From a virus (taxonomy: Duplodnaviria > Caudoviricetes), in the IMG/VR virus record IMGVR_UViG_3300011439_000027, positions 1 to 44,002 of that record: a stretch of 44,002 bases of DNA, one strand, 5' to 3'. A program made the position numbers and the translations under genes. Below are positions 8,799 to 17,609 of this stretch, piece after piece (within the stretch, counting starts at the first letter, position 1; the number at the start of each line of letters is the position of its first letter). Under the pieces are notes generated by a model, which was given only the letters and a program-made list of their open reading frames with translations, was not told the DNA's origin and ran no database searches.

Positions 8799-8977
8799 TC
8801 ATTAGAGGATATGTAAGTTTTGCGATTAGAAAGCAGGGAGAGGTGTGTGCGCCCGGATAGGCCCCCTCCCTACTTCCTCCCTGGATCGGTCCCGTGATTA
8901 GCGGGGCTTCATCGTACTCACCTCCTGACCTCTCCTGGAAGAGGATAAACGCACGGCTTATCCTCAACCAGCAAGGG

Positions 8978-9331
8978 TCACGAAACAGGCGTTACCGACT
9001 TGGCTTCTGGAGCGTGAAGCTGGGTCTTCATGACCTCGGGGCGATCGTCAACAACCTTTTCAGGCGCGAGCACGAAGCCGCGGACGAAGGCCTTCTTGGT
9101 GTAGATCTTGTGACCCACGTCGGTCTTGAGCACGTAGTCGCCGACGTATGCCATCGTCTGGCGATCGCGCAGCGGACGAATCGTGGCGACCTTGATGTAC
9201 AGCTTCATCTCATCGTCGGTCTGGAGAGTTCCGCCGCACCAGGTAGCAACCTCTTCGATGTTCTCGGCAGTCACCGGGACGGCCTGGACGTACAGAGGAA
9301 CGTGGGTGTAGCGCTGAACTTCGAGTGTCAT
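8978..9331 (-). CDS. Conserved phage hypothetical protein
   Basis: VQAVPVTAENIEEVATWCGG...AYVGDYVLK pattern typical of small phage proteins; good codon usage. Confidence 0.75.
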   Translation of the reverse strand: MTLEVQRYTHVPLYVQAVPVTAENIEEVATWCGGTLQTDDEMKLYIKVATIRPLRDRQTMAYVGDYVLKTDVGHKIYTKKAFVRGFVLAPEKVVDDRPEVMKTQLHAPEAKSVTPVS

Positions 9332-9531
9332 GTCACTTCTTCCTGTTTAGGTTTTGGTATTACTTCTTGGGGAGGAGTTGATCGAGCTGGGCGAGGATAT
9401 GAGCGTACGGGTTCTTCCGCAGCTGTGCCTTCGACGGAGCGAAGGTGTAATCGCTCTGGGGCTTGCTCTTCCCGGAGATACCAGGAGCCGTCCGTACCCG
9501 AGTATCAGACGGTCGCGTCTTGTTCGCTTGC

Positions 9532-9768
9532 TCAGTCCGGTGGCGGGTTTGCTGCTTTGCGTAGCGAATCGAGCCTCTCTGCTTCTTGGATAGCTCGGTG
9601 TATTTCGGCTGCAGTCCTTGCACGCTGTTCTCCCAACTTGATGATTGGTTGATTCTTTTGAAGCGCCACGAACTGATCGCTGGCTTTCTTGGCTCCCCAC
9701 ACGAAGCCCAGGATAAAGCTCGTGATTCCGAGCATGAATAGAAGTGCGAGCCAACCCAGAGTGTTCAT
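9532..9768 (-). CDS. Membrane protein
   Basis: N-terminal TM helix, coiled-coil tail; AGGAGG RBS. Confidence 0.7.
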   Translation of the reverse strand: MNTLGWLALLFMLGITSFILGFVWGAKKASDQFVALQKNQPIIKLGEQRARTAAEIHRAIQEAERLDSLRKAANPPPD

Positions 9769-9971
9769 TTTTCGTCCTCCTTATATAAGGCAGTCACAAT
9801 TAGATAGTCCATTCGAGCATTCCAGGACACATCCGCGACGATGTATCTCACCTCAAAGTCGTCGATCGCTTCACCCAATCTTGGGTAGACTGGGTGGCCG
9901 CAGCCTGTGATTCGGATGGGATAACGACGGTCTGGATGGTCTGGTCGTATCAGGACCAAATATGCGATCAC
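9765..9971 (-). CDS. Hypothetical protein
   Basis: Start and stop overlap both neighbours by 4 nt. Confidence 0.55.
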   Translation of the reverse strand: MIAYLVLIRPDHPDRRYPIRITGCGHPVYPRLGEAIDDFEVRYIVADVSWNARMDYLIVTALYKEDEK

Positions 9972-10495
9972 CGCTCAATCGCCAGACGGTCCTCAACGAC
10001 CTCAGCGTCGATGTAGTCCCGACCTCCGCCGATCTCCGGAATATCGGAGTACTCACGCATGAGCTCGTCCTCATCCATGGTCACGAACATGGTCTTGAGA
10101 TATGCCGAGATCCCGTTCTCGCCACGGACAGCCCAGTGGTATGGGCGTACGATCATGTCGACCTTGGCGATATCGATCCAGTCGAGGACGTCCACCTCCA
10201 CCACGGACAGGTTGGTACGGCCCTTGGAGGATATGAGGGCGATCAGAGGCGGCCGACCCTTGAAGCTGACCGAGATCTTCATGTAGTGTTTGCCAGCGAC
10301 GCCCTCCTCTCGCTCCTTCAGCTGCTTGACGTTCCAGCCGTCCTTGAGGAGTGGCTCAACGAGTTCGTCTGGAATAACAACACAAAAGTTACGGTCCCCG
10401 GCTCGGTTGTATTGCGTCTCGCGCCCTTCGAAGTTCCTGAAACCTCCGCCCAGAAGCTCCGCATCACGAAAGGTGATGTTGTCGTCATTGTTCAT
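9968..10495 (-). CDS. Putative single-stranded DNA-binding protein (starts MNNDDN)
   Basis: FRNFEG...GDRNFCV...AYLKTMFV with acidic C-terminus; near the replicase. Confidence 0.65.
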   Translation of the reverse strand: MNNDDNITFRDAELLGGGFRNFEGRETQYNRAGDRNFCVVIPDELVEPLLKDGWNVKQLKEREEGVAGKHYMKISVSFKGRPPLIALISSKGRTNLSVVEVDVLDWIDIAKVDMIVRPYHWAVRGENGISAYLKTMFVTMDEDELMREYSDIPEIGGGRDYIDAEVVEDRLAIER

Positions 10496-10497
10496 TT

Positions 10498-10758
10498 TTA
10501 GTCTCCATGTCCTTGGTTGCCGCATCCGTCCCCAGCGTGGTGTTCTCCAGTAAGAGACGGACAAAGCAGATGATGGCCGAGAGGAGCATTTGCGAGATTT
10601 CTTGGGTCCTGGAACCAGGGACAAGTGCATAGGTCCAGGTTCTTGACCCTCTCGTTACGCCACTCTCGGTGGAACGAAACGATTGCCTCGCGAAGAGCGT
10701 TGGTGGCTTTGACGTTAGCCTCAACTGCTTTTCGAAAACGTTCTACTTCACTCACCAT
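10498..10758 (-). CDS. Hypothetical protein with Cys/His-rich C-terminus
   Basis: CTC...HHLLC...HH..C; packed in operon. Confidence 0.6.
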   Translation of the reverse strand: MVSEVERFRKAVEANVKATNALREAIVSFHREWRNERVKNLDLCTCPWFQDPRNLANAPLGHHLLCPSLTGEHHAGDGCGNQGHGD

Positions 10759-10764
10759 TGTGTA

Positions 10765-11091
10765 TCACCCATGTTCCGGGCAGTATGTGGAGCAGGAATG
10801 TCTCTCCACAGGATATGTCTCGATGTTGGGATCAAATCCGATGCTGAACTTGGCGCCGTCCGTACCCACGAGAGAGTCCATGACCGCGTCTGGGATACGA
10901 TCCCCTAATCGCACGAAGATCATGGTACCGTCGACGTCGGCCTCTCCGATGACGTGACGTTCGCCTAGGCCCGGATTTACCAGGTGACCGTCTTTGACCC
11001 ATACGGTAAGAGGAACAGTCTTCTTACCGAGATCCGGAATATAATCTTCCGGGTCATTCGCCCCAAACATGGGGATGTTAAGAACACTCAT
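10765..11091 (-). CDS. Hypothetical protein (starts MSVLNI)
   Basis: ATGA overlap with the upstream 37-aa gene; C-terminal CxxxCxxH. Confidence 0.6.
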   Translation of the reverse strand: MSVLNIPMFGANDPEDYIPDLGKKTVPLTVWVKDGHLVNPGLGERHVIGEADVDGTMIFVRLGDRIPDAVMDSLVGTDGAKFSIGFDPNIETYPVERHSCSTYCPEHG

Positions 11092-11201
11092 GGGAATTTC
11101 CTTCCGCGGATTTTTTCTAGGATTTCTATTTGGTTTGGACACCGGCCGAGCTCTTTGTATAGCTCCATGAATATGACGATCAGCATCTCGTCGCGACCCA
11201 T
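11088..11201 (-). CDS. 37-aa peptide MGRDEMLIVIFMELYKELGRCPNQIEILEKIRGRKFP
   Basis: Fills the gap between neighbours with an ATGA overlap; AGGGG RBS. Confidence 0.5.
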   Translation of the reverse strand: MGRDEMLIVIFMELYKELGRCPNQIEILEKIRGRKFP

Positions 11202-11209
11202 GTGAACCC

Positions 11210-11425
11210 CTAAAAAATCAGATACCGATTATGGATAACGTCCTCGTGGGCCTCCATGAGATCGTGTAAAGTATCTAGGGAGAAACCCCCCGGGAAATTC
11301 CTAGACCAGCCGACGACGAGAATTTGATTCTCTGAGCAGTTGATGTGATGAAGCTGATTAACGTCGTCGACCAACACCAGCCGGTATTCTTTTCGCATCT
11401 CATAACCTGGTCGGTATTCCATCAA
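11210..11425 (-). CDS. Hypothetical protein
   Basis: AGGAGG RBS after the polymerase stop. Confidence 0.6.
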   Translation of the reverse strand: MMEYRPGYEMRKEYRLVLVDDVNQLHHINCSENQILVVGWSRNFPGGFSLDTLHDLMEAHEDVIHNRYLIF

Positions 11426-11430
11426 TCCTC

Positions 11431-14400
11431 CTACGCAGTAAATGTGGCGAACGGTCCCCAGTAGTCGATGGCCTTCTCAGCTTCATCGGCGAGGCGTTCG
11501 AAATACGACATGTCGATGTTATCCAGCGGCATGTCCTTAGCGTGTTCGGCTTCGACCCATCGGTAGTTCTTCGTCCCAGTGACGGCGTACTGCTTATCGT
11601 CCTTGATACGAAGGAGCATTCCACCACCGTGCAGAACAGGTACAAACAGACCCGTACGGCCCACGAAATGCATGTCGGTCTCGACCAGAGCCATTGGAGC
11701 GTCGAGTCCGTTGTACAGGTACATCGCTCCCTGTGTGACAGACTTCGCCTCGCAGAGGTCCTCGAAGGTGATCTCTTCCTTCGTGAACAACTTCTTGAAC
11801 ACGTACGGGTGCTGGAACTGTGCACCTACCGCGGTCCAATGTGGCACCAGACACTCGTCCTTACGCGCGATATAGACCGCATCGTTGACCAGACAGAACT
11901 GGTCGTAGTGATCCTTCTCCGGGTTGTACTCGAAGTCGTATCCGTACTTCTCCCCGAATATCTTGACCTGCTGGATAATCTCCGGAGTAGCGTTCGGAAT
12001 CTTCACCGAGTCCGTCTTGATATGGACGACGTCGAACCCCTGTTCCTTGATGAAGAACATGAGATCAATCATGAACAGCGCCCCTCGCTTCGCTACAATA
12101 TTGTCTTTGTTTCGCTTGTCCAAGAACGCGTTGTCGAACTTCGCGGACGTAAGACCATAGACAATATTGATAACGATCTTAAGAGCGTCGGCCAAACCTT
12201 TGGCTTTAGACTCGTCGACAAGGTAGGGGGCGAGCCGACCACCCATGGTCTTTCGGGCAAAGGCGTAGTCCTCCCTCTTGATGGCCACACGTGCCTCGAG
12301 CAGATCTACGAATCGGGGCGTGTAGTCTCCAAAAAGATTAAGCACCTTGATGGATGTGGGATGCATCGATGCGACATCAAGCACTGCGACGTCCTGATAC
12401 ATTCCAGGTTCAGCGTAAACGTAACCGCCTTCACCGACCTCGATCCCACGATATGTACTCTTCCCCCGTTGGTACTCGTATCCCGGAAACTCTCGAGAGA
12501 GGTCCGTATAGACAAAGGACCGTTGGGGGTTTCTGTCTTCTCCGAATATGATTCGGGCTGTGTGTTTCTGGGTTGTGTCATTGACAGTCAGTCCACTCAG
12601 CTCAGCGAGGATTTGCCTAGCGACGAAGTCCTGTTCCCTTGAGTCGAACACGGCTTCGAGCGAGATTACATCGTTGGCACAATACTCGACAACGTCCTTC
12701 ACACGCTCCTCAGGAACTGGCTGGTCCCAAGGAATATCCATCTCCATGTGATGGATGCCGAGATCGATCTGGAACTTCTTCAGCCCCTTCTTGACCGAGC
12801 TGAAGCAATATACGTCTGTGTATGAGACGTTGTACGCCTCACCAAACATGGAGCCGACGTTACCGTCGATGATCTTCTGAGACAGCTTGTAGAGTTGCTC
12901 ATTGTCATACCCCATGTACCGAGCCCACAGGATATGATTGTCGTATCGACGGTTGTTGAATCCCACCAATCTCAGCGAGAAGAGTTGCTCGACTTCCTGA
13001 GGAGTGGGGTTGATCATCTTCACGACGTTGGAGTCTCCGCGGTACTTCCAGCAGACGACGAAGAGGTTAGAATATACCTCGACGTCAAAGAACACTAGCC
13101 TGTCGTCCTTAGCCGGTGTAGCGGAATATGAGCCAAGCTCTTCCCTGCCCTTGAACTTCATGTTCTTTACTGCTTTAAGGCAAAGCAGCGCATTCTTCTG
13201 GGAGTTGTTGGCGAACACAACTATCTTGGATCTCAGATCGGTCACGTCATACGGCATTCCCGAAGCATGAGCTTCCTCGAGGATATGGTGGATGAAGTCG
13301 ATCGAGGGCTTTGTCCCTGGATGGATCTCCTTCCGGAGGTTGCGTAATATAAGCTCACGCAACCCCTTCTCGCTTTGCATCGTTTGGGATTGAAGCACCT
13401 TCTTCTCCTTCAGTGGGAGACTTCCTGATGGGAGATCAGCGATTGGTACTCCATTACATCGAGTGAAACGGCGACGGAGTGAAGCGTTTCCCCCGAAGGA
13501 TTTGACTTCAATCCCATCACCGTAAACTGTATCGAGTTCCCCCGGATCTCCGTTGTAAATGTAATGGAGGTGTACTCCTGAACCGCTCTTACTAAGCTCC
13601 CCATAAGTGGGCGGCCATTCACTAGCCGCTCCGAGATTTCTCTCAAGAGATTTGTTTCCATTCTCGTCCTTGATATCGAAGTCGATGACAATATGATTGT
13701 CCGGAACCTTCACGTAGTGGAGCTGAGAAGTATTGATCTCCGCTAGAGTAGTCTTGACGTTTGCCCAGTAGGTTCGCGGAGTACCGTCTTCCTTAGCCTC
13801 TTGAGCTGGTTGGTCCGCCAGTTCCAGATCCAGAAGAGAAGTAGACTCCTCAAGAACCAAGCTGAAGATATGATCAGCAATGACCACAGGAGTCTTGAAG
13901 TGCTCTGCTGTGAAGCCAGAGTAATAATTACGGACGACCAGATCAGCCACAGTTGCGCGCTCAAGTAGAGTCCCGAAGTAATTCCGGAGCTCTTCGCGTA
14001 CCTTATACTGCGGCAGTACAAAGTCCACGCCTGTTTCAGCGCAGTAAGTTTTGTAGAGAGCGTAGGCTTGTTTGAGAGAGACTCCATCCTGCTCCTTAAA
14101 TATGTCGTAGTGAGCCTCTACGAAGTTGAAGAAGACGTCTGTCTGGAACATCATTTCCATCGGACGATATGCGTTGTAGTAATTCTTTCCCATCTCACGA
14201 TAGACTGAGAGGCAATGGTGCGCAATCGCACCAAGTTCGAACTCAATCCTCGCTAACAATGTGTTGTAGTGATTGGGAGGAATTCGGTTGCCTGTTGGTC
14301 TTACGTCGATGAGCCTACGAATAAGACCACTCTTAGCATCCGAGATCTTGACTGGCTTGTTCGTACCCATGAATAAGAAGGCGTTGACCTTAGCCGTATA

Positions 14401-15189
14401 ACTGGACTTGAACTTCTCGTTCATCGTCATGTCCTCGTGAGACACGATCGAGTTCAGCTTAGAGTTGTCTTCAATACGGCTGAGGTCCCCATCATGCTGG
14501 ATAGCGACGAGAGGGTTGTTGCGGAAGACCTCTGTAGAGAAAGTATTGCCATTGCTCGCCAGAGCTTTTGCTTCGAAAGATACACAGTAACCTTCGAAGA
14601 GTCTCTGCAAGATATTGAGAATTGTTGACTTCCCGGTTCCGCCAGCACCGTAAAAGACCACAAACTTCTGGATCTTCTTGGCATCGCCTGACAGAACAGC
14701 ACCAATGGCCCATTCGATCTTTGCAAGCTCTTCGTCAGCGTAAAGCGTGGACGTAAGCTCTGTCCAAGCACTATGGTCACCGGGTTGGAGTGGATACGGA
14801 AGCCTTCGACTAATGTAGTCCGATTTTTTAACAATATCGTTAGCAAAGGTCAACCTTTCGTCTAATGGGTGCGCGTTGTCGCTTACGTTTCTAAGATATC
14901 GACGGAACTGAGCCCAACCGTTGTTGGCGAAGGAACGAAGATACTTGGCGTGTACCTGCTTTCCTTCGCTCTCGAGCTCAACCAACCTCCGGAAGACGGC
15001 TTGATCGACCATACGTTGTACGTCGTATTCGTCCGTAGACCACAGGTTCTGGTCTTCATCCCATACGGCGTAGAATGCTTGGCCACGAATCATCAGATCT
15101 TTCGATCTACCGACGGTGAAGTCAGGAAATATCTCAATAGCTCCTGTCTTCGCGTCTACTTTTTCTTGGATCTGAAAGAAATCCATCAA
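11431..15189 (-). CDS. Fused SF3 helicase / AEP primase / family B-like DNA polymerase
   Basis: GAGGTGKS plus FMGTN (SF3); VIDFDI..SKSGSGVHLHY (AEP); FFDVEV, GFNNRRYD and YCANDV (exo I-III); LDVASMHP, KIVINIVYG and KTDS (PolB motifs A-C). Confidence 0.9.
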   Translation of the reverse strand: MMDFFQIQEKVDAKTGAIEIFPDFTVGRSKDLMIRGQAFYAVWDEDQNLWSTDEYDVQRMVDQAVFRRLVELESEGKQVHAKYLRSFANNGWAQFRRYLRNVSDNAHPLDERLTFANDIVKKSDYISRRLPYPLQPGDHSAWTELTSTLYADEELAKIEWAIGAVLSGDAKKIQKFVVFYGAGGTGKSTILNILQRLFEGYCVSFEAKALASNGNTFSTEVFRNNPLVAIQHDGDLSRIEDNSKLNSIVSHEDMTMNEKFKSSYTAKVNAFLFMGTNKPVKISDAKSGLIRRLIDVRPTGNRIPPNHYNTLLARIEFELGAIAHHCLSVYREMGKNYYNAYRPMEMMFQTDVFFNFVEAHYDIFKEQDGVSLKQAYALYKTYCAETGVDFVLPQYKVREELRNYFGTLLERATVADLVVRNYYSGFTAEHFKTPVVIADHIFSLVLEESTSLLDLELADQPAQEAKEDGTPRTYWANVKTTLAEINTSQLHYVKVPDNHIVIDFDIKDENGNKSLERNLGAASEWPPTYGELSKSGSGVHLHYIYNGDPGELDTVYGDGIEVKSFGGNASLRRRFTRCNGVPIADLPSGSLPLKEKKVLQSQTMQSEKGLRELILRNLRKEIHPGTKPSIDFIHHILEEAHASGMPYDVTDLRSKIVVFANNSQKNALLCLKAVKNMKFKGREELGSYSATPAKDDRLVFFDVEVYSNLFVVCWKYRGDSNVVKMINPTPQEVEQLFSLRLVGFNNRRYDNHILWARYMGYDNEQLYKLSQKIIDGNVGSMFGEAYNVSYTDVYCFSSVKKGLKKFQIDLGIHHMEMDIPWDQPVPEERVKDVVEYCANDVISLEAVFDSREQDFVARQILAELSGLTVNDTTQKHTARIIFGEDRNPQRSFVYTDLSREFPGYEYQRGKSTYRGIEVGEGGYVYAEPGMYQDVAVLDVASMHPTSIKVLNLFGDYTPRFVDLLEARVAIKREDYAFARKTMGGRLAPYLVDESKAKGLADALKIVINIVYGLTSAKFDNAFLDKRNKDNIVAKRGALFMIDLMFFIKEQGFDVVHIKTDSVKIPNATPEIIQQVKIFGEKYGYDFEYNPEKDHYDQFCLVNDAVYIARKDECLVPHWTAVGAQFQHPYVFKKLFTKEEITFEDLCEAKSVTQGAMYLYNGLDAPMALVETDMHFVGRTGLFVPVLHGGGMLLRIKDDKQYAVTGTKNYRWVEAEHAKDMPLDNIDMSYFERLADEAEKAIDYWGPFATFTA

Positions 15190-15202
15190 CCCTCCTCCCG
15201 TT

Positions 15203-15727
15203 CTAGTTCAGCTCAGAGATATAGGCGAACAGCTGATGCCAGATTTCTACTTTCCTCTGGTCCACCTCGGCATGGTGAAGCGGGAACAACCCACCACTAC
15301 CGTCAGCTTCATACGTTCGCCAGATTACGCGATCGAGAACTCCGTCGATTTTATCCGAAGGATATAAACCCCTGTCTGTATAGTTTAGTTTGAGATTGTC
15401 TATTAGATGCCAGAACCAGTCCCGGGGCTCCCCCTCGCATTGGAAGGAGAGCCTCCGGGATATCCCGACAAGCAACTCGAGCATGGAACACCCGAGCTTC
15501 ATCCAATCTCGGTCGAGTTTTTTGATTCCGGACTGGTCGGCGAACTCGTGCCGCAGGCCCTTACCGTCTTCGACGCGGTTATCGTCATTAGGGACAACCC
15601 AAACGAACTCCTTGGTGAAGAGCTGTCTGAGTAGATTCCAATAGGTGCGGGAGGGATTCTTGGTTTCCGGGTCGCCGACTTGACTGTAGAGCCATACGAA
15701 ATATAGCTCGTCAAGCGGCTCGCTCAT
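15203..15727 (-). CDS. Conserved phage hypothetical protein
   Basis: 174-aa ORF with DDNRVEDG, CSMLE and GGLFPL..EIWHQ; directly upstream of the replicase. Confidence 0.75.
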   Translation of the reverse strand: MSEPLDELYFVWLYSQVGDPETKNPSRTYWNLLRQLFTKEFVWVVPNDDNRVEDGKGLRHEFADQSGIKKLDRDWMKLGCSMLELLVGISRRLSFQCEGEPRDWFWHLIDNLKLNYTDRGLYPSDKIDGVLDRVIWRTYEADGSGGLFPLHHAEVDQRKVEIWHQLFAYISELN

Positions 15728-15729
15728 GG

Positions 15730-16470
15730 TTACTCCGGTCGGAACTTTGTTCGACGAACCTTCTCTTGAGACGTGGCGATACCATGAATGACGTCTCCGA
15801 AAGCTCCGTCGTGGAGGGTGACCTCATAGTCCGCCCCGAGCTTCTCGTTACGGATATAGATCAGGCGTGGATCCTTGGACCGATAGCCGAAACGATCCAG
15901 GTTGGACTCTCCGACGACCATCTCAGGGTCATCGATTGGGACTTCGCCGTCATCCAGCAGGGTGTCGTCCATCATGAAATAGGTAAGACACACCGTGTGG
16001 TACTTCGGGTCTTCTCCGAATTCTTCCACGCCGATGATGTAGGGCTTCTTGGACGATCGTTCTTTGATCTCCTGCGCCCAGGCGATCTCCTCGTCCTCAT
16101 CCGGCTCTTCCTCGTCGCGGAAGACATTGCGCTGAATGAGAGTCGGCTTGGCTGGACTGATTGGTGCATCCGGACCGTATCGCAGCTCTGCGACAGCCTT
16201 ACGGAGAACTCCCGGGCCTACGGCGACGTTAGCTTCTCGCTCCTCGGCAGTCTCAGCCACAGCCTGGGGGTCCAACTGTGCTCCAGGTACGCGTAGCATC
16301 ATCCCCTGCTTAGCGAGTTGGTTCAGATGAGCCCTGGTGGAGGATATCTCTTCCGCGAGGCGCTCGTCATAAGACTTCTCGAGCTGCTTCCGGCTAATGT
16401 AGTACCCAGCAGCAGCCCCCGCTGCCGCAGAGACCACAGCGGTGAGCCCGACTAGAATATAGCGATTCAC
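15730..16470 (-). CDS. Membrane-anchored acidic protein (GTG start, MNRYILV)
   Basis: N-terminal TM; C-terminal PYII...LTYF..DDTL...IYIRNE. Confidence 0.75.
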   Translation of the reverse strand: MNRYILVGLTAVVSAAAGAAAGYYISRKQLEKSYDERLAEEISSTRAHLNQLAKQGMMLRVPGAQLDPQAVAETAEEREANVAVGPGVLRKAVAELRYGPDAPISPAKPTLIQRNVFRDEEEPDEDEEIAWAQEIKERSSKKPYIIGVEEFGEDPKYHTVCLTYFMMDDTLLDDGEVPIDDPEMVVGESNLDRFGYRSKDPRLIYIRNEKLGADYEVTLHDGAFGDVIHGIATSQEKVRRTKFRPE

Positions 16471-16538
16471 GTGCAGATCCCGTCTCTTGGGCAATCGCCG
16501 ATGTCACAGCGGTCGCAGTCGCATTTGCACTCTTGCAT
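16467..16538 (-). CDS. 23-aa Cys-rich peptide MQECKCDCDRCDIGDCPRDGICT
   Basis: GAAGG RBS; GTGA stop/start overlap with the next gene; fills the gap exactly. Confidence 0.5.
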   Translation of the reverse strand: MQECKCDCDRCDIGDCPRDGICT

Positions 16539-16546
16539 GGGTGCCT

Positions 16547-17470
16547 TCAAATCTTGTCGTAGATGACACCGTCGACGTTGAAGTCGAGCCAGACCGCGTC
16601 TTCTACCCCGTGGGCAAAGCGCAGACCGGACTCGCGGTCGCCGACGAATATGCCGAAGTCGACGTAGTTGTCGCCGCATTTGTCGTGTTGTGGCGTTCCG
16701 TCGCACTGGTCGTACAGCCATCCCACGACCTGACCAGCTGGCGAACGATCCATGCCGAGCATGTCGTAGACCTCGTTCAGGAACAGATGACCACGTGCCC
16801 GAAGAAGATCGTTGCAGTACTGCTGCTGCGACGCGAGGAAGAACTGGTTGTAACGATTCGGACCCTTCTGCCAGTTCTTGTTTGTCTTGTCGAAGCAACG
16901 CGCGTAGATGGAGCCGCCCTTGGGCATGACGTCCTTGACCTTGACGACCTTCTGCTTCTCGTCGTCGAAGACCTCTCGTTCCTCGAGACCGTAGCGAAGC
17001 TCTCGCTCCTTCTCGGGACCGTAGGCCGCCTCGACCCGTGCGCGGTAGTCCCGGAATCCCTTGTCGAGAAGAGCGTAAGCTGCAGTGAGCGCTGCGTTGC
17101 GCTTGGTCAGGATGACGTGTGAGCCGGTGAGTGCTGCGACAGACAGGATGCCGAGGCCGAGAGCCGGAGCATAAACACGACCGATCTTGACTGCGGTCTG
17201 AATATAGACGACCGCCTTGTCCCTCTGGTACATGTCCTCGCTGTAGCTGGCCAGCTCTGAGATGTTGGCCACATGCAGCTTCTCGAGCTTCTCCTGGGTG
17301 TCGACGAGAATATCGTCCAGCTTCAGCGTTGCGCGGCTGGCGAGAACTGCCGTACCCACAACACCCAAGATGCCGGCGGAGAACAGAAGTACTGGGGAAT
17401 GCTTCTGGAGCTTCAGAACCTGACGACCAACCTTACTGGTCACCAGGCGCTTGATTGGCTTGAGATTCAC
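16547..17470 (-). CDS. Conserved membrane-associated phage protein (DUF6353-like)
   Basis: KHSPVLL, two hydrophobic segments, AAYALL, GHLFLNEVYDMLG...VGW, LDFNVDG. Confidence 0.8.
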   Translation of the reverse strand: MNLKPIKRLVTSKVGRQVLKLQKHSPVLLFSAGILGVVGTAVLASRATLKLDDILVDTQEKLEKLHVANISELASYSEDMYQRDKAVVYIQTAVKIGRVYAPALGLGILSVAALTGSHVILTKRNAALTAAYALLDKGFRDYRARVEAAYGPEKERELRYGLEEREVFDDEKQKVVKVKDVMPKGGSIYARCFDKTNKNWQKGPNRYNQFFLASQQQYCNDLLRARGHLFLNEVYDMLGMDRSPAGQVVGWLYDQCDGTPQHDKCGDNYVDFGIFVGDRESGLRFAHGVEDAVWLDFNVDGVIYDKI

Positions 17471-17471
17471 G

Positions 17472-17600
17472 TCAAGCTACCTTTCGTTTGAGTCGCAAAT
17501 ATGTTGCATGGACCTGGGCGTCCGTCATCTTGTCGACTTTCGCCCACCACTTCTTGTACGGAAATATCTGCTTCAGGAGCTCTCGCTCCGACATGGACAT
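17472..17600 (-). CDS. 42-aa basic protein MSMSERELLKQIFPYKKWWAKVDKMTDAQVHATYLRLKRKVA
   Basis: Fills the intergenic gap in operon orientation; not in ORF track. Confidence 0.65.
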   Translation of the reverse strand: MSMSERELLKQIFPYKKWWAKVDKMTDAQVHATYLRLKRKVA

Positions 17601-17609
17601 GACATTGCC

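Larger units (their letters stand above)
6452..8825 (-). repeat. Array of 11 promoter-motif copies (6452, 6649, 6920, 7206, 7478, 7760, 8066, 8376, 8531, 8650, 8796), most preceded by an intrinsic terminator
   Basis: Consensus on - strand TCGCR-N5-WACAT-NN-CCTHTARTGAGACCC; hairpin plus T-tract at ~6486, 6680, 6957, 7242, 7510, 7792, 8088, 8417, 8565 and 8685. Confidence 0.9.

Noticed and set aside
6452-8825. CRISPR-like or attC/integron-like array
   Set aside because: Spacing is irregular (about 120-310 bp), most intervals hold RBS-led genes, repeats are degenerate promoter/terminator pairs, and there is no cas operon or integrase
9347-9623. Gene in the 9.35-9.53 kb gap
   Set aside because: Two open frames exist but no convincing start or RBS; left uncalled
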